Source: Flaccisagitta enflata (taxonomy: Eukaryota). Taken from it: 64,000 nt of DNA. Each line of letters opens with the position of its first letter. The first letter of the stretch is position 1. The notes beneath the pieces were generated by a model. It was not told where the DNA came from, searched no databases, and was given only the letters and a program-made list of their open reading frames with translations. The translations under genes were made by a program, and so were the position numbers. The DNA is taken from assembly GCA_965153355.1 (NCBI GenBank), contig OZ231126.1:20956001-21020000 (forward strand), in the 5' to 3' direction. This document shows, piece by piece, positions 1 to 17,203 of this stretch.

Positions 1-476
1 CTTGCAATTACCAACAGACATCGGCTCCCACCTCTCTAGAACTTTCTCTTTCTTTCTGTCTCACCTCTTTTTTGTCCCTATCTGTCTGTCTCTTTCTGTT
101 TTTTTTTTTCTGTAAGTTGTCTTTGTCTAAACATCATGTTTTACATTTTAATTTTTGTTTGTTGTTTGTTGTTTGTTTGTTTGTTTATTTGTTTGTTGTT
201 TGTTTGTTTTGTTGTTTTGGTTTTTATTTGTTTTGTTTTTGTTTGTTGTTTGATGTTTATTTATTTGTTTGTTTGTTTGTTTGTTTGTTTGTCTGTTTTT
301 GTTTGTTTGTTTGTTTTTGTTTGTTCGTCTGTCTCTGTCTGTCTGTCTTTTCTCTCTGTCTGTCTGTCTCTCTGTCATCTGCTCTCTCTCTCCAAATTCC
401 TTCTCTTTTGTATGTTTTTTCAATCCTCCATTTTCTGTTTACTTCTTTTGAATGGAGTCTATACATGCAAAGTGCT

Positions 477-1060
477 CGAGCAAACCCAGCTAAAACTGGA
501 GGATTAATTTTTGTTACTTTAATTTCATTTCCCAAACTTAATTTTTTGTATCTAACTTAATTAAAAGATACTTAATTCCTTGAACATATTTGGCTGTCAA
601 AAAAAATAACTCGTGAAATCAAAGTGCATGAATCAGAGGTGAGTGTTCCTTGGAGACCATTGGATTTGGCAGAGAAAATTTTACCTATCTTAGACTACAA
701 GAACAGCTCTTCAGTCCAGACAACTATTTATAAATTTTATGACATTAAAGTTTTAGGACAATTGTCCCTAAATTATTTTTGAGACAATTGTCCTTAAAAA
801 GTGAAAATAATATAAATTCTTAAATAATTGTCTATTGACTATTCTTATAGTCAGACAAATAATTTCTGCCAAATAGTCTGGATTAAAAACACTCAATTCA
901 CAATGTCTCATGCACTTTGATTTCATGAGTTGACACGACAGCCAAATGTATTTAAAAATTATGTATCTTACAGTGGTTAGATACAAAGAAATGGTTGGGA
1001 AAAATTAGAGTAACAAAAATTAATCCTCCAGTTTTAGCCGGGTTTGCTCGGAAGGTACTG
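477..1060. mobile_element. Palindromic MITE (Tc1/mariner-like right end GTACTG-TA; left end degenerate)
   Basis: cgagcaaacccagctaaaactggaggattaatttttgttact at 477 is inverted at about 1009-1050; the arms remain loosely complementary towards a centre near 770. Confidence 0.8.
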
Positions 1061-1391
1061 TATATATCTGTCTGTTTGTTTTTGAGTCTATGTGTGGGCC
1101 TGTTTACATATATATCTGTCTTTCTGTCTCTCCGTCCCTCTGTGTCTATGTGTCTGTCTCTATCCCTGTGCACGTCCTTGTCCCTGTCTCCCTCTTGCGC
1201 GTCTGGCGAGCGCGGAATTCGTATTACCGCTTTTATTATGCCCCCCCCCCTCCCAGCCCCATTCATCATTTAGAAAGAATAAAAATGGTTTCCTGGCTCT
1301 GGAGATCGAGACCATCACACGTCCACGCTGGTTTTACATTCCAATGCAGCTGGGCAGCTCTATGAAGTAGGAATGAGACGGAGAATGAAAG

Positions 1392-1446
<55 letters not shown>

Positions 1447-1859
1447 CCAGACGAACGAACAGACAGACAGACAGACAGACAGACTGATAGCGACAGACCA
1501 GATACAAAAAGACAGACGAACAGATAAACAGACGAAAAGAAAGACGAGACAGACAGACAGACAAAAGACAGAAAGACAGAAAGACAGGAAAACAGAAAGA
1601 CAGTCGGACTGACACTGACATAAACAATGACAGACAGCCAGTAAGTGACTGATTGACTTACTTAATGACTGGCCATTGGCCAACTGAGTTAGTGATCAAG
1701 TAATTGAGTGTGATTTGGATATAAATTGGTTACAACACAACAACAACTGAGTGACAGATGGAGTCCTTAGTACAGAAAGACAGGCAGTCGATGAGACAAA
1801 CAATCCTACGTGAAAGCCATGTGAGAAAGAGCGTAAGCCAGAAAAAGATTCTGTGTCAG

Positions 1860-2146
1860 ACTGTGGGCGCGGCGTGTTTCTAGTGAAGATGAAAAACGCG
1901 TTTGTTCCTGTGAAACGCGTTTACAGCATGAACACATATTCAAAATTTCAACTGTCCCATGAGAAGTGAGCAAAGTGAGTGAAGCGGGCTATAAAACAGA
2001 CAAGCCACATGTGAATGGAGCAATGACGAAGCAGCGTAGCGCCTGTGAGTGAGTGAGCAGAGTGAGCGGTGCGAGCAGTAGATGATGGCGACCGAGTGGC
2101 CCGTTCTAAACACGATTGTGTCAGACTAGAAACGCCGCCTGTGAGT
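1860..2146. mobile_element. Probable small MITE with degenerate TIRs
   Basis: ggcgcggcgtgtttctagt versus actagaaacgccgcc in inverted orientation; internal gagtgagc repeats. Confidence 0.4.
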
Positions 2147-2327
2147 GTGTTGCAGGTGTTGGAGGAGAAATGTGATTATTTGATATCTGAGGCTTCATCG
2201 CCGACGCGGCTTTTATATTTTCCATGTTGTCATGCTCGGCTGAAAGCTCGGCTGAAAGCTCGACTGAAAGCCTCGGGGCTCCGTCGGCACTTCATGACCG
2301 AGACTGGAGGCCACCGTGCTCAGTTAC

Positions 2328-2690
2328 GCCTTACCATACTCTCATGTGCCTTACCATACTTTGATATGCCTTACCATACTTTCATATGCCTTACCATACT
2401 TTCATATGCCTTACCACACTTTCATATGCCTTACCATACTTTCATATGCCTTACCACGCTCTCATGTGCATTAACATACTCTTATGTGCCTTACCATACT
2501 TTCATGTGCCTTACCATACTCTCATATGTCTCACCATACTCTCATGTGCCTTACCATACTCTCTGGGCCTCACTATACTCTCATCTACCTTACCATATTC
2601 TCATGTGCCTCCCCATGCTTTCATATGCCTTACCATACTTTCATATGCCGTACCATACTTTCATGTGCCTTACCATACTCCCATGTGCCT
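2328..2690. repeat. 20-bp minisatellite (gccttaccatactttcatat), about 18 units, next to a truncated DINE-1/HINE-like end (2740-2790)
   Basis: Period 20 is visible by column alignment; followed by acggacagacgg...ccgacatagcaaggtgtaga. Confidence 0.9.
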
Positions 2691-2789
2691 TTTACACTTA
2701 TCAAGCCATCTACGGATTTTCGTCCCCAGAAAAAAAAACAAGCGGACGGACAGACGGATAGACTAACCAACCGACATAGCAAGGTGTAG

Positions 2790-3414
2790 AAAAACAGAAA
2801 AGAAGAAAAAGAAAAAGAAAGAAGAAAAAAAAGAGAAGCAGTAAAGAAAGAAAAGAAAAGAAAAGAAAAGAAAAGAAAAGAAAGAAAAAGAAAAGAAAAG
2901 AAAAGAAAAGAAAAGAGAAATGGTGGAAGAGGATGAGGAAGAAAGAAAAGAAAAAGAAAAAGGAAAAGATAAAGATAAAAAGGAAATAGACAATCAAAAA
3001 AAGCAGAAAAAAAATTGAAAGACAAAGCTACTGTACCTTAGAAAGAACGATAGAAATACTTCTCCAGCCATGTCTACTGGAGATAGACAGGAAGAGATGT
3101 CAGGGACTTTTCAAGCGCATATATCATATTTACCATCTGATTTATTAGAGCCGGGGTGAAATTTGAAACATATTGGACTAGAAACGTTACTCAAATTTCT
3201 GTTTGTACACATCAAAAAAAGTAAAGCAGAATATCAGGAGTCCAAGATGCTGGAAAATGGCAAGGAAGCAAGCAGACAAAGAAAACAAGGGGGAAGAAAA
3301 AGAAAGAAAGAAAGAAAGAAAGTAAGAAGAAAGAAGAAAGAAAGAAAGAAAGAAAAAGAAAGAAAAGAAGAAAGAAAGAAAAAGAAATGAAAAAGAAGAA
3401 AGAAGAAAGAAGAA

Positions 3415-3450
<36 letters not shown>

Positions 3451-3485
3451 GAGAAAGATGATAAGCTAGATAGATAGATAAAAAC

Positions 3486-3531
<46 letters not shown>

Positions 3532-3930
3532 GAATAGATATATAGATAGAAGATAGATAAATAGATAGATAGATGGAGAAAAGAAAAAAATATAGATGAA
3601 GAAGAAAAGAAAACAAAAACAAAAGAAAACAAAGAAACAAAGAAACGAAGAAAAGAAGAAACAAAGAATAGAAAAGAAAGAAAGAAAAGACAGGAAGAAG
3701 AAATAGAAAGAAAGAAAAAAGAAAAGAAAAGAAAGAAAAGAAAGAAAAGAAAAGAAAAGAAAGAAAAGAAAAGAAAAAGAAAAGAAAAGAAAAAAGACAA
3801 AGGCATTGTCCACTAATGAAATAAATAAAGAAGACTAGAAAAAAAAGAAGGAAGAGAAGGGAAGAAAGGAAGAAAGGAAAAAAAAAAGAGCAAAAGAAAA
3901 AAAAAGGGAAGAAAAGTGAAAAATTAGGAA
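2790..3930. repeat. Purine-rich simple repeats (GAAAA)n/(GAAA)n/(GATA)n in two blocks
   Basis: Direct reading. Confidence 0.9.
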
Positions 3931-4118
3931 AGAACATTGTGGAAAATAAGAAAGGATAGGAAAGAAGGCGGGAACGCGAGTGCCTTGAGATCACCATTAG
4001 TATTCGCGTCAAATGATGAAAAAATTAAATTGATTTTCTTCTTCTCTCTTTTCTTAGATCTGCCAACTTGGCAGATCTCTTTTCTACAAACTGTCTCCTC
4101 TCTGTCTCTCTCTGTCTC

Positions 4119-4230
<112 letters not shown>

Positions 4231-4789
4231 TCGTTCTTTCCTCTTCGACCTAACCTTGACACAGGTTGAGGCTAGTAGGTTATCTTATCTTGAAAACCTC
4301 TCCTTAACATCACCAAGGCTATTTTCTGATGGAGATATCAAAGCCCGATAATCAAGTGACCCCGAAAACTATTTAGATATATCGTATCTGAATATGATTC
4401 AAATTCACTTAACAGGGTTCGCAAAAATATTTGGAATGTAAGCTTAGAAAGCAAAACATAACAAGCCCAACACAGGGCAAATGTCGCAGACGGTTTGACA
4501 GTATTTCACATTTATATACCACACTAGGTGGTATGACACTATAGATAAGACAAAAAGACGAAAAAGACTATATTTCAATAACATTTTGGACTGACTGATA
4601 GACCGATCAACTGACCAAACGTCATAGTAATATCTAGAGTCGTGTACTTGTCCGCGACAAAAAAAAAACACATTTCGTGATCAAGAGATTAGTAACCCAG
4701 TGAGACAAAATCCTTGTTCAAGCAGTCAGGTGGTTATGACGCACCACTGGACTGAGTACAATGTACTCAGTACATACTTTATGAGTAAG

Positions 4790-4997
4790 TTTTTAGTCGC
4801 GTGCACGTGACTCTATAACCCGCTATGTCAGTCGGTTGGTCGGTCAGTCCTTCCGTTAGTCTGTCACCATTAGCTTTTTTGGCGTTTACAGGCGATTTTG
4901 CTTTTCTGCCTCTGCCCTAATGCCTGGATTAGCCATTTTGATTACAGCCCCTGTCCACCCGCGTGCTACTTCGGAAGCCGTGTATCCGGTATGTTTT
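4790..4997 (+). mobile_element. DINE-1/Helentron-associated (HINE)-like short element
   Basis: tttttagtcgcgtgcacgtgactctata 5' hairpin, (GGTC)n-like microsatellite, 3' cccctgtccacccg...gccgtgtatccgg. The same family recurs many times in the window. Confidence 0.65.
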
Positions 4998-5770
4998 CTA
5001 GCAGTCTTTCTGAATAATATTATTTGAAAAACAGAACTACACTACACAAACTGCAATTCACGAGAATAAAAGGTTCTAAACCCCGCTCATTATTCTCTGC
5101 TTCTCTTTGCAAGGCTGCCAAAAAAATCTCAGCCTGTTAATGTCATGCGACACATATTTTTTTCTTTAGTCGCGTCCAAGTTTTTAGTCGCGTGCACATG
5201 ACTCAATTCACCACTACTTGGTCTACCTCTACCTTCTCAGTCGTAGTTGGTTAGGCAGGGGCAATACAAAGAAAATGCACTGGTTTTTTGACATGCACTC
5301 ACCGAAGAATGACTGCAAAAATACCTAAAAAAGACGAATAAGAAGGCAAAAATTCAACATTGTGACCGACCGACCGTCTGACGGATGGCCCGACACAGTC
5401 GCGTTGCCGTGACAAAGAAATCTTAAGTAAACCTAAAAAAAGAGCTTACTATCGACAAAGCTTCGTTAAATGGTATAACTGATGCAACAACATTATCATG
5501 GACAGGAAGGCAACTTCAACAAAGTTGGAAACCATTTAGGTAATCCAAGCACTGAAGACGTGCTCTGTGGCGAAGCTTTAAGGCAAGTAATTGGATCACT
5601 ACCATAAGTTTTTGATGGCCAGAACGACTTAAGTCGGATGAAGGTACACGAAAGGAGGTGACTGTAAAAACGATATCAGAGCAAATTGACTTTTGCTTGA
5701 ATATTGGCTCAATTATGGATTCGAAGGGATAGGAGAAGTGGAGAGAAAGGGAGGGAGGGAGGGAGGGAGG

Positions 5771-5840
<70 letters not shown>

Positions 5841-7282
5841 GGGATAGACATATAGGCAGTTAGACTGAAATACAAATTGTGAGGTAGACAAACAGACAGA
5901 CAGACAGACAGTCAGTCTGGAATACAAATTGAGAGGCAGACAGACAGACGGGCTGATAAACAAACAGACAGCCACAACAGACCTGACAAAAGTTTCTCTC
6001 GACCAACTGGGACGGTTAAGTCATAACTGAAATCAGGACTCAGACTAATCAATGACGCAATGACGACTACATTAACCGCAATAATCTAGTAGTATCGTAC
6101 TTAAAATCTCTTCATAACTTTTTTTATCGTTTTCATCATTACAACCATATTGTCATATTGTGTGCCGTGTTTTGTGTGCTGACTGCCCTTTGTGCTCTCA
6201 AAATAGAAAGCTTACAAGATTGGGAGAACGCGTCTTACCGTCATGATCTCTTTTTTTTTTTTTTTTTTTGTCTTTTTTTCTTATCATTCTATGATTAAAA
6301 GAAGAAGAAAAAATTGTGGTTCCTGTGTTTAAATTCCCTCGTTTACTTTTTATCTCACTCTTTGCTAACAACCTGATTTTCTTCGGCTGTGATTCACTTT
6401 CGCACGTCTTTCCCTCTCTTTTCCCAAGACAGTCTTTTTGTGGGGCAGTGGAAAACAAAGTCTCGTTTAGAGGCTTGTCTCACAAAAAACGGCTTAGAAT
6501 TCAAGTCTTATATTTTCTTTAGCAATTTTTTTTCCTGCAATAAAAAGAATTGAGTTTATCTGTTATAAGTGGATTTCTGTAATTAGAAATGTACCAGGTA
6601 GGACATGAAAATACCCAACTGAAAAGGAGATTGTTAACTTTATAGAAAATAGATTTACAGTAATCATATTATTCAAAATATTATAAATCAGTAACTTAAT
6701 TTATCTAGTTTTATTTCGAAGTTGATGATTATGTTCATGTGTCAGTGTATTTACTTCTTAGAGACTAAGAATGTTAGAGAATATGATTTTTAAAATGATA
6801 TGATTTTTTCTTAAATATAAAATGCTTTAGATTATATTCTAATTCTGGTGTGTATTGAATTCCGGACCACTTATTGTGACACAAGTCTGGAAAAGAAGGT
6901 TGGGTCTAGTTCGTCTGCGCATTTTCAGAAGAGAGATCCTTATCTCTACTAGAGGAGAGAGAAAATAAGGTCCTGGTTACATGTGATAAATCATTGGGTA
7001 GGCATGTGTTGAAGTGGAAAACATCCCAAATGAGCGTTATATGTCATATCAAGAAATGCGTCAGGCAAATTGTAGAAAAATAGGCAGAATATGTTAAAAA
7101 TTCAAATTGAATACAAATCTATAATGTCAGCGCTCCACATCAAAGAGAAAACCTCTCTTCATCTCTACAATCCTTTGATAACGGGTTTCCCATAAAAAGT
7201 GTTTTTCACCTTACTGAGAAAAAAGACAGTGAGCTAGTCAGGAGTGTCATGTAAGTCGTCGATTTTTATGCCACATTCACCG

Positions 7283-7650
7283 CTTTCGCTTCCATTTTAC
7301 AGTTCAAAATCTTTGATACAAGTAGCTATCCTATCCTCCAAATTGGAAGCCGTCAACCGCTTTCACATCCGTAGTGCTATCACCAGAAAATGTGAGGGTA
7401 CAAAAAAATTGCCAAGTAAAATGTTATGTTGTTAAAAACAAGGCCGGATACACGGCCAATACCAGTCGCGGACGGGTGGGCAGGGGCGGAAATGCGTGTC
7501 TTTCGCTTCCATTTTACAGTTCAAAATCTTTGATAAAAGTAGCTATCCTATCCTCCAAATTGGAAGCCGTCAACCGCTTTCACATCCGTAGTGCTATCAC
7601 CAGAAAACGTGAGGGTACAAAAAAATTGCCAAGTAAAATGTTATGTTGTT
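7283..7650 (+). repeat. 151-bp direct duplication (7283-7433 and 7500-7650) flanking a HINE end fragment (7434-7499)
   Basis: Near-identical copies; the spacer is aaaaacaaggccggatacacggcc...gggtgggcaggggcgg. Confidence 0.9.
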
Positions 7651-7990
7651 GAAAAAAAAACGTATCATTTTTTAATTTACGCATGAAAGAAAATGTTGGA
7701 CATACACAGGGACTATTCTAATGCATATTATTTTTTTAGATTTTCACTCAAAAAGAATCTTTTTTTCAGTCAATCATTTTTTATGCAAATAGATTTGTTT
7801 ACATACTTTTTTTCGGACAGATATTAAGATTTTAAACGCAGCCTCTTAGAACGCACAACCACCCCTTAGTTAGGCCAAGGGAGGAACCATGCCAAGTTAG
7901 ACGATCACTTTCGGTCAGGTACCCTTCGTTTATGGGCTTGTTTGTACTTATCTCCATAAACTTCAGATGGGGTGGTCCAGAGGAAACAGA

Positions 7991-8147
7991 TTTTTAGTCG
8001 CGTGCACGCGACTCTATGTCCCGCTCTGTCCGTCTGTCGGTTGGTCCGTCGGTTGGTCCGTCAGTCGGATTTTGAGTCATATTCCTTTGATAGAGAACTT
8101 TCCTATGACTTTGCATGAACTCTTGTTATGTATCCGGCCTTGTTTTT
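7991..8147 (+). mobile_element. HINE-like short element
   Basis: tttttagtcgcgtgcacgcgactcta...gtcggttggtcc...tgtatccggccttgttttt. Confidence 0.65.
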
Positions 8148-8454
8148 CTCTACTTGGATATGATTTTTTTTTACTAATGACCATTGGCGGGTCTTTTCCC
8201 CAACTCAAGCACGATCAAGTCTTCGTTCCTTCTTTTCACTGTAAATCTAAATGATTTCACAGTTAAAGGCAAAGCCAAAAGACTCGACGGACGGACCGGC
8301 GGACCGACAAAGCGGGGTGTAGAGTCGGGTAGCACGCGACTAAAAATTCATTCATATCGAATTTTTATACAATACAATATACAATATATTGAGGTTATTA
8401 TATCCCATTAAAGAAGTAATATACGGAGAGCACACCAGGTCCATTCACGTCTTG

Positions 8455-9198
<744 letters not shown>

Positions 9199-9224
9199 GG
9201 TCATATATTCCGTCCAGTCTCCTT

Positions 9225-10916
<1,692 letters not shown>

Positions 10917-11187
10917 CCGTCTCCTTGTCGTCCGCCTCCATCGACTTTTTTCAACCTACTTGTTTCTCTTCATCCTCCCAACTCTTTTATTTTCAACCTC
11001 CTCTCATCATCAGAGTGAGTTTCATCGCTTTGTTTTTGTTGTCGTTCTTGTCAGTTTTCTTTCTTTCTCGCTCTCTGTCTCACACTATCAGCCTTCGTCT
11101 CACTACATCTGTCTACCTTTCAGCTTCTACCTCTCTATCTGTCTTGTCTAAGTAGCGTTTACAACTCTCTGAGTCTCTCTCTCTCTG

Positions 11188-11283
<96 letters not shown>

Positions 11284-11443
11284 GACTGTTTACGTGAATA
11301 TTGCTTTCTCTTTTTCTCCACACTATCAGCCTTCGTCTCACCACATCTGTCTACCTTTCAGCTTCTACCTCTCTATCTGTCTTGTCTAAGTCGCGTTTAC
11401 AACTCTCTGAGTTTCTCTCTCTGAGTCTCTCTCTCTCTCTCTG

Positions 11444-11544
<101 letters not shown>

Positions 11545-11589
11545 CTCTGTTTCACCACTATGTTTCCTTCTCTGTTTCAGTCTGTCCGT

Positions 11590-11669
<80 letters not shown>

Positions 11670-11751
11670 TTTGACTGTTTACGTGAATATTGCTTTCTCT
11701 TTTTCTCCACATAAAACTGTAAGTCTCGTGTCTTTCTCCGCTTGTGAGCTC

Positions 11752-11852
11752 TGCCGGTGCCACGCTATGCCGGTGCTATGCCGATGCCGGTGCTACGCCG
11801 GTGCTTTGCCGGTGCCACGCTATGCCGGTGCTACGCCGGTGCCGGTACCGCC
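11752..11852. repeat. GC-rich short tandem repeat (tgccggtgcta-like)
   Basis: Repeated gccggtgc units. Confidence 0.75.
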
Positions 11853-12214
11853 TCGAGGAAATGTAGAAAAGGAGTTGATTAGTACAAAACCTTAGCTTAG
11901 TAAGAAGCGAAAAATGTCACCAACAGACTCGGCTCGCGACAGCAGGAAAAAAGCAAGTTCATGAGAACAGTGTTTGTGCGTCGCAACTTTTTATGGAGGA
12001 ACGGATGGACAAAAAGACATCTAGAATCGCGTAACACGCGACTACGAAAAATTATTATAATAATAATGATTCTATTTTCGTATGTAAATGCGACAATTCA
12101 AACAGCATTCAGACAACTCAATTACAATCCTACGACAGGAAATCAAATGTCAGCTGTTTTCCAATTCGAAGCACCGGAAACTCGGAATTGGTGCTCCTTT
12201 CTTCACTCCGCTTT

Positions 12215-12458
<244 letters not shown>

Positions 12459-12751
12459 TTGTCTGTCTATCTGTCTGTGCGAGCGTGCCTGCGTGCGTGC
12501 GTGTATGGTCTCGTGATTATTTAGAAGTATCTGCGCGTGTGTTGTTTATTACCACTGTTCGTTTCTTGCCCTTGCTCACTTTACCTTCAGTACCAGTGTT
12601 AAGTCACCATCTCTTTCATCAGCATTTCTCTCCCTTCCTTCTTTTATCCTTCCTCCTCCTCCTCCATCTCCGCCTCTTCTGTAATATGGACCATATTCTC
12701 ATGATCCCTTTTCTTTTTTTGCTTTTCTTTTCCTTTCTTTATCGTCTCTCC

Positions 12752-13419
12752 TTTTTGGGCAGCGGCCCCGAAGGGGACGAAGTCCTGTAGAACACAGGGG
12801 ACTTTCGTTCGTTCGTTCGTGCGTTCGTCCGTCCCCCCCCTCATCAGGCCTCAAATGTGGCCTCTGAGACCTCAAATCTGGCCTATCGGGCCTCAAATCC
12901 AGTCTCTCAGGCATCAAAACTGGCTTCCCAGGCCTCAAATTAGGCTTCTCAGGCCTCAAATCTAAATAGACAGGCCTTAAACCTGGCCTCTCAGGCCTCC
13001 AATTGGGCTTCTCAGGCCTCAAATCCAAATTCAGGCCTCAAATCTGGCCTTCCAGGCCTCAAATTAGGCATCTCAGGCCTCAAATCAGCTATCTTATCCT
13101 CAATTAATTGCTCTTAGGCTTCAAATCCGTCCTCTGACCTTTCAAGCCTTAATCCAGCTCTCAAGTCAGCCCTCTCAAGCTTCAGATTGGCATTCTGAGG
13201 CCTTACATCAGCCTTCTCAGACCTCAGTTTAGGCTCTTGAAGGCCTCTTTAGCATCTCATCCACTTCCTCAGGCAGGACGAACAAAAGTCCCCCTGTGTT
13301 CTACAGGACTTCGTCCCCTTCGGGGCCGCTGCCCTGCTTCCCCTCACTCCAATTCACAATCACTCAAAGCAGGGCAACGGGTATCGCTGACCACATATTG
13401 CCCTTGGGCGACCTGTTTT
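12752..13419 (+). mobile_element. HINE-like element with long subterminal inverted repeats and a central ~21-bp tandem array (caggcctcaaatctggcctct-like)
   Basis: gggcagcggccccgaaggggacgaagtcctgtagaacacaggggactt at 12757 is inverted at about 13285-13334; (GTTC)n; 3' hairpin gcccttgggc then ctgtttt. Confidence 0.75.
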
Positions 13420-13821
13420 CTCTCTCTCTCATAATAAAATAAGGATTGGATACCCTGCACCAATTTTCCCGCGAACAGGGCACGAGGGCGGAAAAGGAAA
13501 AAAGTTGTATGTTTTCCTTTGGTGTTTGTTCCAGACCCCGCGCTCTGGTGTGTGTGTGTGTGTACGTTATTCTGTTTGGGTTAGAGTACATTTACGTGTT
13601 TTTGGGGTCCGTATTTTGGTGTGTGCGTTACTCTCTTTGTGTTACAGACAACGTAGCCGATTTTGTTTGTGAGTCTGTATTTTTCCCAAGCGCCAGTGTG
13701 TGGTTCTGTAAGCAACTGCCCCTATACCCTAAATGTATGCTGTTATCTTTCGATAACGAGGCACTTTGCAGAGTGTGTTTGCGCGCGCGTGTGTGTGTGT
13801 CCGTGTGTGTGTGTGTGTGTG

Positions 13822-14019
<198 letters not shown>

Positions 14020-14299
14020 CCGTGAATTTTTTAGTGGGTTTGTCAACAAGGAGAGACACTGAAAATGTATGTGATCATGGACTCACATTTCAAACTCTGC
14101 AATTTTTACAATGATTTGGCGTCCAAAGAAAATAAATGATTGATTGAGCGTCATTTCTGTGACTGAGTCTTATGTCTAACAAATAATCCAAACAAACCGG
14201 TCGGCTAGGGAGTGCGGGGGGGGGGACCTTCGTACAAACAAACAGAAAGACAGACAGCCAGACAGCCAGACAGACAGACAGACAGACAGACAGACAGGC

Positions 14300-14340
<41 letters not shown>

Positions 14341-14569
14341 TACAGAGTCAATGACAGAGCGACAGATACAGAGTTGCCCAAGAACACCCAACGGCACCAG
14401 TTTATGGGAGGCTTTTAACTGTTCACTCTGGTTTTAGTCTGGTTTAGTCTGGTTTGGTCTGGTTTAAAGTCTGATTTCTGATAAAAGATAGAATAAGGTC
14501 AGGTCAGTTCAGTTATTTTGTCCTGCACGTGACTTATAAGTGTTAGCGTGTTGAAAATCGGGCAGAGCG

Positions 14570-15490
14570 GACTAAACCAGACCCAAACAAGATAAACCAG
14601 ACTCAAGCCAGACTCAAACCAGATTTAAACCAGACCTAAGCCAGACCTAAACGAGATTTAAACCAGACCTAAAGCAGACCTAAACCAGACCAAAACCAGA
14701 CCAAAACCAGACCTAAACCAGACCTAAACCAGACCTAAACCAGACATAAACCAGACCTAAACCAGACATAAACCAGACATGAACCAGACTTAAACCATAC
14801 TTAAACCAGACTTAAACCAGACTTAAACCAGACTTAAACCAGACTTAAACCAGACTCAAGCCAGACTCAAACCAGACTCAAACCAGACTCAAACCAGACT
14901 CAAACCATACATAAACCAGAATCAAACCAGACTTAAACCAGACTTAAACCAGACTTAAACCAGACTTGAACCAGACTTTAACCAGACTTAAACCAGACTT
15001 AAACCAGACTTAAACCAGCAGACTTAAACCAGCAGACTTAAACCAGCAGACTGAAACCAGCAGATTTAAACCAGCAGACTTAAACCAGCAGACCTAAACC
15101 AGCAGACCTAAACCAGCAGACTTGAACCAGCAGACTTAAACCAGCAGACTTAAACCAGCAGACTTAAACCAGCAGACTTAAACCAGCCGACTTAAACCAG
15201 CAGAATTAAACCAGCAGACTTAAATCAGCAGATTTAAACCAGCAGACTTAAACCAGCAGACTTAACCTGCAGACCTAAACCAACAGACCTAAATCAGCCA
15301 TCTCAAACCAGCCGACCTAAACCAGCCGACTTAAACCAGCAGACTTAAACCTGCAGACTTGAACCAGTGGACTTAAACCAGCAGACTTAAATCAGCAGAC
15401 TTAAACCAGCAGACCTAAACCAGCAGACCTAAACCAGCAGACTTAAACCAGCAGACTTAAACCAGCAGACCTAAACCAGCAGACTTGAAA
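14570..15490. repeat. Minisatellite: 11-bp TTAAACCAGAC units switching to 14-bp TTAAACCAGCAGAC units near 15012
   Basis: Direct reading; a short inverted version of the motif lies at about 14428-14472. Confidence 0.92.
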
Positions 15491-16299
15491 TGCCACATAT
15501 GACCAAAACATACCAAAAAACAAAAATGACCAAAACATATCAAAAAACCTAGATGACGAAAAAATAAAAAAACAAACAAAAAAAACAAAAAAACAAAAAA
15601 CAAAAAACCCCAAAACTCAAAACCAAAAAACCAAAAAACCAAAAAACCAAAAAAACCAAAAAACCAATAACAAAAAAACCAAAAAACATAAAAGACCAAA
15701 ACATACCAAAAAACCATTTTAGATGACCAAAAATGACCTGAAATCTTCCAAAATGACTTAAAATGCCCAAAAAAGACACAAATGACTTAAATTAACAAAG
15801 TGACGTATATGATCAAAAATGACCAAAAATGACTAAAAGCAACCAGAAATGACCAAAAACAACAAAATGACTCAAAATAACTCCAGACGACCCAAATTGA
15901 TCAAAAACAACACAAAAAAGCAAAGTGTTACTAAAAACTACAAAAGCCAAAAATAACTTAGAGTGACTGAGAATGACTTAGAATGACTTGTAATGACTTA
16001 TAATGACTTAGAATGACTTAGAATAACTTAGAATGACTAGGAATGACTTAAAATGACTCATGATAACATAAAATGACAAAAATGACAAAAAATGACAAAA
16101 TGACTTAAGTGACTAAAATCAACTGAAAATGACCGAAAATGACTTAAAATGACATAAACTGCCCTAAAATGACGTAAATACCCTAAAATGATGTAAAACG
16201 ACGAAAAAAAGCTAAGTGTTACGGACGGACCGACCGACCGACCGACAGACCGACCGACCGACAGAGCGGGTTATAGAGTCGCGTGCATGCGACTAAAAA
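15490..16299 (-). mobile_element. Degenerate 9-10-bp array (aatgactta) ending in a HINE-like terminus
   Basis: (gacc)n followed by agagcgggttatagagtcgcgtgcatgcgactaaaaa at about 16220-16299. Confidence 0.65.
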
Positions 16300-16886
16300 C
16301 TGCTGGAAAGTTTGAAGAACGGATTCTACAAAATTGTATATGAATCCTTCATCAATGTCTTCCCAATTGAATACAAAGGGTATATGGTACCATATGAGCC
16401 TTTACTCAATATTTGTACAGAAATGTATAACTTTTATGAGGAATAACAACAATAAACAATAGTTTTGTTTTACTGAGACGATATTTTTGAGCAAAATGGT
16501 AAGTGCTGAAATTCGAATATAGGAGCTTTTGCAACATGGCTATATGATTACTCACTACTTCGAGTTATCAATTCTCATTCACACCGTCAACAGTAACGTG
16601 ACAGTTGCAGAAGCGGTGACATTCCCATCGAATTACGCCTCATACGTGGAATCGGTTCAATTATTAAGATTGCTAAAATACTACCAAAGGAGTGCTCAAT
16701 CTTACCAAAACCCACCCAACCATGACACCAATGAATCCCATTGGAAAAAAAAGAACTTAATATTCATCATCACAACTGCTTTCACAATCGATGATAGCTC
16801 TGAGGGAAAAATGGACTAGCGCTCATTGTTGTAGAGGAAAATTCGTTTCACCACAATATGCAAATGAGGCTGAGGATGTATCGACA

Positions 16887-17039
<153 letters not shown>

Positions 17040-17203
17040 GTAGCTGGGGATGTGGAAGCGGTAGGTGGATGAGTAGCTACTAGTATTTGAGCAGCAAAAT
17101 AGAAGCGGAAGCGGAATCTTTGGAAGCGGCAGGAAAATCAACCGCTTCCACATCCCTAGTCGTAACACTCCTATGATTTTGTTGTTTTTGAAACGGAACT
17201 GAA

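Noticed and set aside
2069-2789. Overlapping 100-230-aa ORFs
   Set aside because: Produced by the 20-bp minisatellite.
5450-5710. Possible minus-strand exon between a ttttacag acceptor and a gtaagc donor
   Set aside because: All three frames contain stops before the donor.
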